Part shown: positions 1-9,449 of the stretch, in pieces
How the letters are laid out: each line of letters begins with the position of its first letter
Numbering within the stretch: position 1 is the first letter of the stretch
Assembly (NCBI GenBank): GCA_963663475.2
Contig: CAXXJV010000001.1
Span: forward strand, 1,024,001 to 1,088,000
Reading direction: 5' to 3'
Length of the DNA: 64,000 bases
Origin: Candidatus Cloacimonadales bacterium
Lineage (GTDB): Bacteria; Cloacimonadota; Cloacimonadia; Cloacimonadales; JAFGVF01
The notes under the pieces: generated by a model
Database searches by the model: none
The model's input: only the letters and a program-made list of their open reading frames with translations
Told to the model about the DNA's origin: nothing
Translations under genes and position numbers: made by a program

Positions 1-1424
1 CACTTGATAAATGTATGTTGAGAGAATTTGACTATTCTATGCAAGCTATAACAGAACTAATTGGTAAGGGAAAAGACCAAAAGTCCTTTGAACTTGTTTC
101 CATTCAAGATGCTACTTTCTATGCTGCGGAAGATGCTTGGGCTAGCTACAAATTATATCAAATCTATAAAGAAAGTATTGCCCTTCAGTCTCTTGCAAAA
201 CTTTTCTATGAAATAGAAATTCCTCTTATTCAGGCTATTAAAAAAATGGAGATGAATGGAGCTTATATTGATAAAGAATTTCTGAGAAAGCTATCAGAAG
301 AAGTCAATGAAAAGATAAACAAACTTGTCTCTCAAATCTATAATATTGCAGGTTATCAATTTAACCTAAATTCCACTCAACAATTAGCTAAACTTCTCTT
401 TGAAGAAATGGAAATTCCCCCAGTTAAAAAAACTAAAAAAGGCTTTTCTACAGATGTGACAGTTCTAGAAACATTGGCACCAGATTATCAAGTCGTAAGA
501 CTAATGTTAGAATACCGACAGTTAGCAAAACTAGAATCAACTTATATATCTGCTTTACCAAAACTGATTAACGAAAAGAGTCAACGAATCCATTCTAGTT
601 TTAATCAAATCGGAGCTTCCACTGGCAGACTATCTTCTACTAACCCAAACTTGCAAAATATTCCTATTAGAACAGAAATGGGGAGTAAAATAAGACAAGC
701 CTTTGTTCCTCAAGATGAAGATTCTCTTATCCTCGCTGCTGATTACTCTCAAATTGAACTAAGACTTTTAGCTATTTTTTCTGGCGATTCCGTCTTGATA
801 GATACCTTTAATAATAATGGCGATATCCATAGGTCCACTGCTGGTCTAATCTATAATAAGTCTGCTGAAGAAATTACTCCTGAAGAAAGAAGGTCTGCTA
901 AAACAATTAACTTTGGTATTATTTATGGTATGGGTGCCCAAAAGCTCTCTAAAGAACTTAATATTAGCCAAAAAGAGGCTAAAGAATTTATTAGCCACTA
1001 TTTCACAACCTTCCCTACTATCAAAAACTTCATGAACGAGATGGTAGAAAAAGCTAGAAATTACGGCTATTGTGAAACTATTAGCGGAAGAAAGTTATTC
1101 CTTCCTGGAATGAAATCCTCTAATAAAAGACTAGTTAGTGAAGCTGAACGAGTTGCTGTGAATATGCCTATCCAAGGATCTGCTGCTGATGTGATAAAGA
1201 TTGCTATGAGCAATATCCATGCTAAGATTAAAGATAATCCTGATATTAAAATGATTATCCAAGTTCATGATGAACTGGTCTTTGAAGTTAAAAAAACTGC
1301 TTTGGACAAAATGAAAGAACTTATTAAGGAAGAAATGGAAAATGCCTTGCCTGAAGAATACAGCAAAATTGTTAAACTTTCAGTGGATATTGGAGTTGGT
1401 GATAACTGGCTACAAGCTCATTAA
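1..1424 (+). CDS. polA: DNA polymerase I, 3' part (runs off left edge)
   Basis: PolA motifs TGRLSS.NPNLQNIP, DYSQIELR, AKTINFGIIYG, QVHDEL; frame open upstream of the ATG at 15 to the window edge. Confidence 0.97.
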   Translation, partial: LDKCMLREFDYSMQAITELIGKGKDQKSFELVSIQDATFYAAEDAWASYKLYQIYKESIALQSLAKLFYEIEIPLIQAIKKMEMNGAYIDKEFLRKLSEEVNEKINKLVSQIYNIAGYQFNLNSTQQLAKLLFEEMEIPPVKKTKKGFSTDVTVLETLAPDYQVVRLMLEYRQLAKLESTYISALPKLINEKSQRIHSSFNQIGASTGRLSSTNPNLQNIPIRTEMGSKIRQAFVPQDEDSLILAADYSQIELRLLAIFSGDSVLIDTFNNNGDIHRSTAGLIYNKSAEEITPEERRSAKTINFGIIYGMGAQKLSKELNISQKEAKEFISHYFTTFPTIKNFMNEMVEKARNYGYCETISGRKLFLPGMKSSNKRLVSEAERVAVNMPIQGSAADVIKIAMSNIHAKIKDNPDIKMIIQVHDELVFEVKKTALDKMKELIKEEMENALPEEYSKIVKLSVDIGVGDNWLQAH

Positions 1425-1523
1425 TTAAAATAATGCAGTAGATCTTTGAGAATAGGAGAAAGTGTAATTTTTTCTAAAAATTTACTGCACTAATTGGGCT
1501 AGACTTAGAGGTATGTCTCTTGA

Positions 1524-1606
1524 TTCATCATTTACTCTTCCTTTACAGTCTTTCGATGAAACACGGACTTTCATCGAAAGACTGTAAAGGAAGGGTATGG
1601 GATGGA
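1524..1606. repeat. Long palindromic intergenic repeat, copy 1 of 3
   Basis: CTTCCTTTACAGTCTTTCGATGAAA-cacggac-TTTCATCGAAAGACTGTAAAGGAAG; same arms at ~25903 and ~59428. Confidence 0.9.
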
Positions 1607-1939
1607 TAGGGGAAATTATTGGCAATTTCTCTTTGAGGGTGAACAGATTTATCGGAGGGGAGGACCAGACTGTGTAAAAAGAAATAGCCTATCCACGGAT
1701 ATCATTTCGTAAACTCCTGCTGAAGTCCAAAATTGATATTTGTACAATCTCTACTTACTTAACTCTTTATTATATTTTATTATCTTGATGGTTTTTTTTC
1801 ACCATTTAGTTAGATTATCTAGATATTTGAGTAAATGCCTTATAGATATTAATAAGCATACTAAATCATTTTTGAGTCTCTATAGACATTGCAGGCTATG
1901 AAATTACTGCATGTGATAAATATATTTTACCCTATCAAC

Positions 1940-2101
1940 CTAGACTATAATTAAATCTTCTTCATTTTCATATACAACTTCAAATCTGCTTGAACTTAAG
2001 TCTAAATTATGAATTTCTGGTAATTTCATAAAATCTGCTTGACTTTCTGGTAACAATGTCTTAATAAGTAACAATAATAATACTATTGAATATTTCTTCA
2101 T
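1940..2101 (-). CDS. Small secreted protein (53 aa), absent from ORF track, divergent from ECF sigma gene
   Basis: AGGAGG RBS at 2108-2113; MKKYSIVLLLLLIKTLLPESQADFMKLPEIHNLDLSSSRFEVVYENEEDLIIV; signal-peptide-like N-terminus; resembles 43149..43355. Confidence 0.65.
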   Translation of the reverse strand: MKKYSIVLLLLLIKTLLPESQADFMKLPEIHNLDLSSSRFEVVYENEEDLIIV

Positions 2102-2194
2102 AATATTCCTCCTAATATATTAACTGTTAGGAGCTTTTTTACATAGAAATATTGCATAAGAGGTTGATTTACTATATATTACAAAGGATTAGTT

Positions 2195-3175
2195 ATGGAA
2201 GATATTTATAATGAAATATTTCATAAAGCAAAAATAATTGCTCTTAGATACATTGCTGATGAAAATATAGCTGAAGAGATTGCTCAGTTAACTTTGATTC
2301 AATATTACTTTAATGAAAAGAACATCTTGCGTGAAAAAAGAACAAATTGGATATTTAAAGTCTCAAAAAACTTCTGTATGAATCATTTCAATAGTAATAA
2401 TAAACAAGCAAAACTATATAGAGAATTAATGATTGAGCAAGTGCAGTATCATGATAATTCTGAGAAACAAAAAGTTAAAAATAATTCTAAATATAATGAG
2501 GATAACTTTAGTTTAGATAACTATGATTTCTTATCTGTTGAAGATAAAAAGATACTAAATAAGTATTTATATGTTACTTCAAATATAAAAAAGCTTAGTC
2601 AAGATTTTAAAATTAAAGAAATGACTTTACGTAATAAAATTAGAAACTTGTTAAAGGAAATTGAATTTTTTCATCTACTTGAAAGAAAAGTAATTGGATT
2701 TGAAACAATCCCTGGCACAAAATTCCATTACAATATAAGAAACTGTCTCAGAAAAATTACTAGTTCATTAAACAGTAATAATATAAATTTACTGGTTGGT
2801 TATTTTAAATCATGCAAAATTAATGATGGTATTGACTCAATAAATATACAAGAAATAAAAAGCTATAAGATTCGTTTCGACTCAGATAGTTCTTATAATT
2901 TAATTATAGCATATATAGATTTTTCTAACAACTTAAAGTTTTTTGACATTAAGTTTAAATTGACTGATAACTTTTCAATTCATATTTTAGAGTTTCCTAG
3001 ATTTCCTAAAAAGGTTTATAGATTTAACGAAAAGTATGTTGATGAGACAACAAACATCAATATTTTACAAGACCAAAAAGGAGTTTATAATAATATATAT
3101 GGGACTCCAGATTTATTAGTAAGAAATAAAATTGCTAAAATATGCCAGATTGGTGAAAAGCTTAAGAATGATTGA
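2195..3175 (+). CDS. ECF-type sigma70 factor-like protein with ~150-aa C-terminal extension
   Basis: sigma2-like AEEIAQ...NWIFKVSKNFC and sigma4-like HTH (LSVEDKKIL...TLRNKIRNL); full-length paralog at 42076..43038. Confidence 0.7.
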   Translation: MEDIYNEIFHKAKIIALRYIADENIAEEIAQLTLIQYYFNEKNILREKRTNWIFKVSKNFCMNHFNSNNKQAKLYRELMIEQVQYHDNSEKQKVKNNSKYNEDNFSLDNYDFLSVEDKKILNKYLYVTSNIKKLSQDFKIKEMTLRNKIRNLLKEIEFFHLLERKVIGFETIPGTKFHYNIRNCLRKITSSLNSNNINLLVGYFKSCKINDGIDSINIQEIKSYKIRFDSDSSYNLIIAYIDFSNNLKFFDIKFKLTDNFSIHILEFPRFPKKVYRFNEKYVDETTNINILQDQKGVYNNIYGTPDLLVRNKIAKICQIGEKLKND

Positions 3176-3276
3176 TATATAAACTTATTTATCTGATAAT
3201 AAAAGTTACTTGTTTTACGAGTAGTTTATTATTAAACTGTGCAACATAGTCCAGGTGGTTAACTTAAATATTAAAT

Positions 3277-3312
3277 AAAATAGGGTAAACTTATAAGATT
3301 ACCCTAAAAAAA
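3277..3312. terminator. Probable bidirectional intrinsic terminator
   Basis: TAGGGTAA...TTACCCTA stem with A-rich flanks between convergent genes. Confidence 0.55.
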
Positions 3313-3321
3313 TGCAAAGCA

Positions 3322-4389
3322 TTATTCACCCGACCTGACCAATCTAAAACCGATCATATTGTAGCCCTGATCTTCTTCATAACTAGCTCTGCTAGTAACA
3401 CGAGCGTTATATTCGGTTAACTCATTTCTCCCGCCTCTGTTGATTTTCCTTCCAAAAGAACCTCCTATTGGATTTGTTACTGGAAAATCTGGATAATTTG
3501 TGCTGTAATCATTACACATTTCTCTAACATTTCCGCTCATATCATATATACCCAGAGAGTTAGGCTTTTTAGCTCCAACAACATGCAAGCCGCTATCAAC
3601 TTTATTAGCCCAATTACTTGTCCAAGCAACTTCAGTAAAATCATCTGAACCCGAATATAAGAAATCAGGTATATTGGTTCCACCTCTTGCAGCATATTCC
3701 CATTCTGCTTCTGTTGGCAGTCTATAGCCGTTAGCAGTTAAATCACATCCCCAATGATTTGATATTTCATGATAACACTGATTCAGCCCTTCTCTTTCAC
3801 TCAATCTATTGCAAAACACTATTGCATCAACCCAAGACATATTATTAGCAGGATAGAATGGGTTTACATAGCTTGTATCAGAAGGGTTTATATCCATAAC
3901 AGATTCATATTCTAATTGAGTTAGCTCATAATTACTTATATAAAATGCACTTAAAGTAACTTCATGAATTGGTAATTCAAACTCAGTTCCTTCGCCTCTA
4001 GTATCACCCATCATGAATGTCCCACCAGGGACATATATCATTTCTTTTTGAAATAATACATATGTCTCCCTGATAACTTCACTACTAGTATATCCATCTT
4101 TAAAGCCCTTTATTTTAATATCTCTGGTTGTACTAATTTTCATGGGAGAATCAAAGACGTTAGACTCATTTGTTGGATCAGTACCGTTTATAGTAAACCT
4201 TATAATGGCTCCTTCCGTATCACAGTTTACTTCTAGGAAAAATTCATTAGCAAAACTTCCTCCATTTACTGAGAAAGTAGGATTAGCTACAATCTTTGGC
4301 CCTGTTGGGCTAGAATTATCATCACTACAACTTAATACAATTAGGAAAATGAAACAAGTAATAATAATTTTCAAAATAGTTTTTATCAT
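3322..4389 (-). CDS. Lipoprotein: one chitobiase/Fn3-associated Ig-like domain + FGE-sulfatase (SUMF1/CLec-fold) domain
   Basis: Start moved to ATG 4389 (AGGAG RBS); lipobox VLSC; PTFS..GG...IRFTINGTDP; PGGTFMMG, RLPTEAEWEYAARGG, DMSGNV.E, GFRLVR. Confidence 0.85.
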   Translation of the reverse strand: MIKTILKIIITCFIFLIVLSCSDDNSSPTGPKIVANPTFSVNGGSFANEFFLEVNCDTEGAIIRFTINGTDPTNESNVFDSPMKISTTRDIKIKGFKDGYTSSEVIRETYVLFQKEMIYVPGGTFMMGDTRGEGTEFELPIHEVTLSAFYISNYELTQLEYESVMDINPSDTSYVNPFYPANNMSWVDAIVFCNRLSEREGLNQCYHEISNHWGCDLTANGYRLPTEAEWEYAARGGTNIPDFLYSGSDDFTEVAWTSNWANKVDSGLHVVGAKKPNSLGIYDMSGNVREMCNDYSTNYPDFPVTNPIGGSFGRKINRGGRNELTEYNARVTSRASYEEDQGYNMIGFRLVRSGE

Positions 4390-4417
4390 TAGTAACTCCT
4401 TTATTTTTATTGTTCTT

Positions 4418-5353
4418 CTATTGCTCATATTTATAGTAGAGATAGCGACTTCCATCTGGAGAGATAACAGCAGAGGACCCATTTTTTCTAAGCAATGACT
4501 CACCAGAACTATTTATTTCATGTAATATTATACCTTCATTACAGGTGTATAGAACTGTATCTCCTATACTTGAAATTGAAACTGTATTTGACTCTATTTG
4601 CATTGAACTAAGGGTTGTATATGTAAAATCATTACCTATAATTTCCATCATTTCACATCTACCATTATATTTGTAAACGAAGCGATTTCTGTCTGAGTTA
4701 TAATTCTTGATTTCTCCATGTGGAGCAAGAATTGTAATTTCGGAAGAAGCTAAATCTATTGATTTAATTGTGGAATCAACATAATCCTTAAAATAGATTT
4801 TATCACCAAATTGAGAAAATACTGGTTTACCAAAATTTAATACATCAAGCTCCTTTATAATGGACTTATCTTGAATATTTATTATTGATATTTTGTGTTC
4901 ATTTGAAACAGTCAAGTAATTATCATCTTTAGATATATTTATGAATGTGCTACAAACTGAATCGATAATTGTTTTAATTCCATTATTACTTAAGGTTAAT
5001 TCTATTACTGAGCATAAATTATTTTTCTCTGCAATGCAGTAATAAAGGGAACCATCACTTTTAAAACAACTTGAATGTATTCTATATTCTTCTGGCATGA
5101 AAGTACCATAATCAAACCCGTTTAGGCTAGCATATTTTATTCCATCTGTGACCTTAGTCCCATCTATAGTGAATCTAGCGTTTGTGAAGTAGTTTTGGTT
5201 ATAACTTGATGTAGCTATTTGACAATTAAAACCATTTAATTTACAAGTGTATAAATTAGTAACCCAGGGACCATCATTTGGGTCAGGTTGAGATAAACAA
5301 GCACCAAGAAAAAACATAATTGCCACTAATAATATCTTTAGAATAACTTTCAT
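4418..5353 (-). CDS. Lipoprotein, probable TolB/WD40-like beta-propeller
   Basis: lipobox LGAC; repeats such as FSQFGDKIYF, ISPDGSRYLY; paralog of 5371..6330. Confidence 0.7.
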   Translation of the reverse strand: MKVILKILLVAIMFFLGACLSQPDPNDGPWVTNLYTCKLNGFNCQIATSSYNQNYFTNARFTIDGTKVTDGIKYASLNGFDYGTFMPEEYRIHSSCFKSDGSLYYCIAEKNNLCSVIELTLSNNGIKTIIDSVCSTFINISKDDNYLTVSNEHKISIINIQDKSIIKELDVLNFGKPVFSQFGDKIYFKDYVDSTIKSIDLASSEITILAPHGEIKNYNSDRNRFVYKYNGRCEMMEIIGNDFTYTTLSSMQIESNTVSISSIGDTVLYTCNEGIILHEINSSGESLLRKNGSSAVISPDGSRYLYYKYEQ

Positions 5354-5370
5354 TTTACCTTCCTATTGTT

Positions 5371-6330
5371 TTAATGTTTTTCGGTGCTATAATAAAAAAG
5401 TTCAGTCCCATTAGGTGATATGTAAACTATTCTTGGTGAAATTTCTATTTCTGATATTAGTAGCCCAGTAGAATCATATATTTCTACCTTGGAGGTTTTT
5501 GAACTTATATAATCACCAGAGCTATTTATTGTTGGAGTAAAAGCACGCCCACAGCCTCCAATAGATGATACTGTCCAATCATCATTATCAATTTCAATTA
5601 AACGACATTCACCAACTGCATATATGACAAACTTGGTGTTGTTTTTATCATGAGAATATAAATTTCCAAAATAACCTTTATCTTCTATCTCTTCAGTTAA
5701 AATATTATACGACATAATCAAGTTTCCAGAATATTTCTTATAGTAAATATAGTTATCGTCATTTGATATTACGGGGTATCCTACGTCTTTTAGTACAATA
5801 TCTTTAACAATGATATTTTCTTCAATATCATAGATATAACTTCTCAGAGTATTATGTAAAAGTAATCTCTCCTCGCTATGAAACATTGATACTGTTGCAT
5901 AATCTAATGTATCAATCAAAGTATCTAGTTCAAAAGAGCTTAAATCTATTTTAACTAATTTATATCTTTTACCTTTAACTGTACAATACATAGAATTAAA
6001 ATTATTTGTATAACAATAACTAATCATCAGCAATGAGTCAGGTAATAACTTCACGCTATTAGAACCATCTCTATCCATTACAATATTACCATTTGTTATT
6101 CTTGTACCGTCATATGAGAATCTCAATGCATTTGCTTTATCATCAGTATAACTTTCAGGAATATAGTTGTACTCAAACTCCCATTTAACAATTTTATCTT
6201 CACTACCATCAATGTTTATAGATTTTAGACAATTATAAGAAACCTCTTTATCATCTGGTTTAAAGAGATTGCATCCAATAATTATGCTCATAATAAGCAA
6301 GAGAACAGTAATGCTAGTGGTTCTTTTCAT
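5371..6330 (-). CDS. Lipoprotein, probable beta-propeller (paralog of 4418..5353)
   Basis: lipobox IIGC; RFSYDGTRITNG vs RFTIDGTKVTDG; ISPNGTELFYY vs ISPDGSRYLYY; AGGAGG RBS. Confidence 0.7.
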   Translation of the reverse strand: MKRTTSITVLLLIMSIIIGCNLFKPDDKEVSYNCLKSINIDGSEDKIVKWEFEYNYIPESYTDDKANALRFSYDGTRITNGNIVMDRDGSNSVKLLPDSLLMISYCYTNNFNSMYCTVKGKRYKLVKIDLSSFELDTLIDTLDYATVSMFHSEERLLLHNTLRSYIYDIEENIIVKDIVLKDVGYPVISNDDNYIYYKKYSGNLIMSYNILTEEIEDKGYFGNLYSHDKNNTKFVIYAVGECRLIEIDNDDWTVSSIGGCGRAFTPTINSSGDYISSKTSKVEIYDSTGLLISEIEISPRIVYISPNGTELFYYSTEKH

Positions 6331-6510
6331 CCTACCTCCTTAATAATGTTTTTTATAGTATGAACTTGATCCATTCATGGAAAACTTATCATTTAACAAT
6401 TAGTCTGCAACATATCATACTATTAACGAGCTTAATTCATGATTACATGGAAATGCTCGTTAACTTAATATTAAATAGCTATTTATGAAATAATAGCGAA
6501 TTTACTTGCT

Positions 6511-6632
6511 TTAATTTTCATCCTTTTTTATATACCATAAGAATTCTTCTAACAAATTACTAAACTGTTTAGCTTGTTTACTTCTAGGGTCATATTTTAT
6601 AACAGATAATCAACAACGGGGCTTTTTCCAAC
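6511..6632 (-). pseudogene. Remnant of a second parA 3' end
   Basis: Translates SVIKYDPRSKQAKQFSNLLEEFLWYIKKDEN*, matching the ParA C-terminus SVIEYDPKSKQAKEFTNLLSKF; no start codon, frame disrupted upstream. Confidence 0.75.
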
Positions 6633-6663
6633 TCTTTAAATATCTAAGTTAGAATTATTTTTT

Positions 6664-7239
6664 CTAATCTTTAAAATTATCTAAAATTTCAGTTAGCTTA
6701 TTTTGTAGCTCTTTTAATTCCTGAGGGATTTTGTTTAAGCTTAAAGTCCTAGTGATAGATGTTCTATTTTTCCAAACTACTTTAGCAAGCTTATCTTGAG
6801 TATATTCATACTCGTCAATCATGGTTTGTAGGGCATCAGCTTCTTCAAATGGGTCCAAGTCTTCGCGGACTAAATTCTCAATTAAAGATATTTCAAGAGC
6901 ATTCCCTTGAGTTAGGATGGCAGGGATTTTCTCTAGTCCTGCTAATTCAGAAGCTCTTAAACGCCTTTCGCCAGAAACTAATACTACCTTATTATCATCT
7001 TTTCTAACAACAATAGGTTGAATAGCCCCATGTCTCTTTATTGATTCTGCTAATTCTTTTAAGCTTTCTTCAGCGAGTTCTTTTCGAGGCTGATAAGGGT
7101 TATCTTTAATTATATCTAGAGGAATAGAATATATATTACTATCTTCTCTTGATAGATCTATATATTGAGATAATTTTACTGTTTTAGAAGCTGTTCTTTT
7201 TTTGGCTGACGTCTTTATACTGTAGTTTTTATTTCCCAT
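6664..7239 (-). CDS. parB: ParB/Spo0J-family protein, short (probably lacks the C-terminal domain)
   Basis: NPYQPRK, GERRLRA, ENLVREDL, HTH; only 191 aa. Confidence 0.85.
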   Translation of the reverse strand: MGNKNYSIKTSAKKRTASKTVKLSQYIDLSREDSNIYSIPLDIIKDNPYQPRKELAEESLKELAESIKRHGAIQPIVVRKDDNKVVLVSGERRLRASELAGLEKIPAILTQGNALEISLIENLVREDLDPFEEADALQTMIDEYEYTQDKLAKVVWKNRTSITRTLSLNKIPQELKELQNKLTEILDNFKD

Positions 7240-7991
7240 TTTCTACTCTCTTTAAAAAATTTCGATAACAAGTTAGTGAACTCTTTTGCTTGCTTGCTTT
7301 TGGGATCGTATTCAATAACAGATTCGTTGTTTACAGGACTCTCTTCAACAACAAATCCTCCATGGATCAATGTGTCAAAAACGTTAGTGTGGTAGTCTTC
7401 TCTTAACACTTCTTCAATTTCTGTACCCATTACGGCTTTTCTACCCTCAACTAAGCTAAGTAGTATTCCAACAATTCTAAGATTGTTATTAAATCTGCGT
7501 TTAGTCTTTTCTACAGACTCAAAGAGGTCTCTTAACCCTTCTAGGGCAAATGGGGCAGGTTTAGTTGGGATAAGAACTAAATCAGAAGCATTTAATGCCA
7601 CATGATTTAAATAACCAAATGAAGGTAAGCAGTCAATAATAATAAAGTCATAATCTTTTTTAATCGTTTCTAAACCTTCTTTTAGCATAGAGATGACATC
7701 TAGATATCCATCTGATACTTTAGACAATCGAATATTTGCTCCAATGAGATGCAGGTTCTTGCTAATTATTTGGGGGACCAGGTTGGGAGAATCTCCATTA
7801 TAAAAGTCTTTTACGTCAGCTGTCATCTTGGTGGAGTCTTCTAGAAAAGCACTTGTCAGATTTCCTTGAGTATCATTATCTATTGCTAATATTTTAATCC
7901 CTTTATTAGGTAACCCCTTCGCCAGGTTAAAGGCTATGGTTGTTTTACTAACCCCACCTTTTTGGTTAATTACTGAAATTATTTTACTCAT
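7215..7991 (-). CDS. parA: ParA/Soj-family ATPase
   Basis: deviant Walker A NQKGGVSKTT, IDNDTQGNL, IIIDCLPS. Confidence 0.92.
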   Translation of the reverse strand: MSKIISVINQKGGVSKTTIAFNLAKGLPNKGIKILAIDNDTQGNLTSAFLEDSTKMTADVKDFYNGDSPNLVPQIISKNLHLIGANIRLSKVSDGYLDVISMLKEGLETIKKDYDFIIIDCLPSFGYLNHVALNASDLVLIPTKPAPFALEGLRDLFESVEKTKRRFNNNLRIVGILLSLVEGRKAVMGTEIEEVLREDYHTNVFDTLIHGGFVVEESPVNNESVIEYDPKSKQAKEFTNLLSKFFKESRKWEIKTTV

Positions 7992-8486
7992 TGTTCCCCT
8001 TTATGAATAATATTAAACCAAACTTACATTTATTCAAATTTATTGCAAGGAATTTATCTTTTTTGATAGAAGGCTCTGCTGTTTAGTTGAATTAAAGTAA
8101 TTATTCTAGATTAATGGGTTATAGAGTAAAGGGTTTATCTCAGGAAAAAAGAAAAGCTATAATGAATAACTATAAGAATGTGCAAGCTGGTACATTCAAA
8201 AAAAGTAAGAATTTTTTGAATATTTGTAGTTTTTTATAAATTTCCCACAACTATGTTTAGGATTTTCTTATCTTTCAAAAGATTTTATCATCCTTTTTTT
8301 TTACAGTAGATATATTATTGTATTTCAACTTAATACAATATTTCTATAAAATGTCATAATGATATATATCAAATTAACTTCTTAACAGATATACAGCTTT
8401 CTATAAGTTGGAAATCGAATGATGACTAAATCATTAAAAGATATTTAAAAAGTTAATCGAGTGAGCAAGAGTGAAACATAAAAATC

Positions 8487-9247
8487 TTACCAACCAGTCA
8501 CTAACAGCCTTCTGGCGGCTTTAATCCCACAATTTTGATAATGATTGTATGCTTCAGCAGCTTTTTCTGCTACTTGTGCATCTGTTTGATTTAACAACCA
8601 CACATCGATTGACCATTTAATAGTATATGCCTCAGGTGCCATCAAGTTAGTAGTCCAGACTAAAGGATTAGCACCAGAATCAAAGAGATATTCTGCAAAA
8701 TACTTCTGACTAGCACAAGCTAAGATAATTGCGTCTATCTCTTTATCATTTTGTTGGAAAGTTGGCTCAATATGAAAGTCCATAAGACCGTTATGCCCTA
8801 TATAAGCAACTAAATTCGATTTACCACCAAACTTAAGAGTTGATGATTGAAAAGTTACTTCAGTTTCAAAGGCTGCATTACAGGCATAAAGAAAATCTAA
8901 AGTTGTCTGCTTAATCTCTTTTCCATCATAAGCATCAGCTAAAAGATAGGTATTTGTTGTCTTATGCTTAAAGAAAGCTCTTTCGAGAATAATATCTGTA
9001 GGATTATTGTAAGTTTCTACTAATGTCCACTCTTTACTATTCTTGAAATATGTTTTAATTCCATAGCCACACCCCCAGTATAGATTATTTTTTGGGTCCT
9101 GACCGTTACCAATACCCTTTGGGACTGGAACAATTCCTTGATTCACATTATCACAAGTGCTACAAAAATATGTATAGTTTGTAATCTATTTGCTGATAAT
9201 TCCAATAAGTTCAATAATAATAGTATAAATGTAATTGTGTATTTCAT
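8487..9247 (-). pseudogene. Conserved secreted hypothetical protein split by an apparent 1-nt frameshift at ~9155
   Basis: ATG 9247 gives a signal peptide + TIHIFVAL; adding one T (CTT-TGT-GAT) continues CDNVNQGIVPVP into the 8487..9146 ORF. Confidence 0.7.
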
Positions 9248-9449
9248 TAAACCCCTTTTTAAAAGCTAAATTATATATATAATTATAAATGTTGAATTAT
9301 CATGTCAAGATATTTTGTTGTATGCTGTGCATTCCTGCTAGGGAGACTGTTCAACCATCAAGCCATTCTTCCCGTTTTTACTTTTAGCAAAAGGTAAAGT
9401 CCCCTTAAAAATTAAAGAGGACTTATGGAGATTTCAATGAGATTTTATC

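Noticed and set aside
3322-3480. Possible DGR variable region at the FGE-sulfatase C-terminus
   Set aside because: No reverse transcriptase and no template repeat differing only at adenines in this window.
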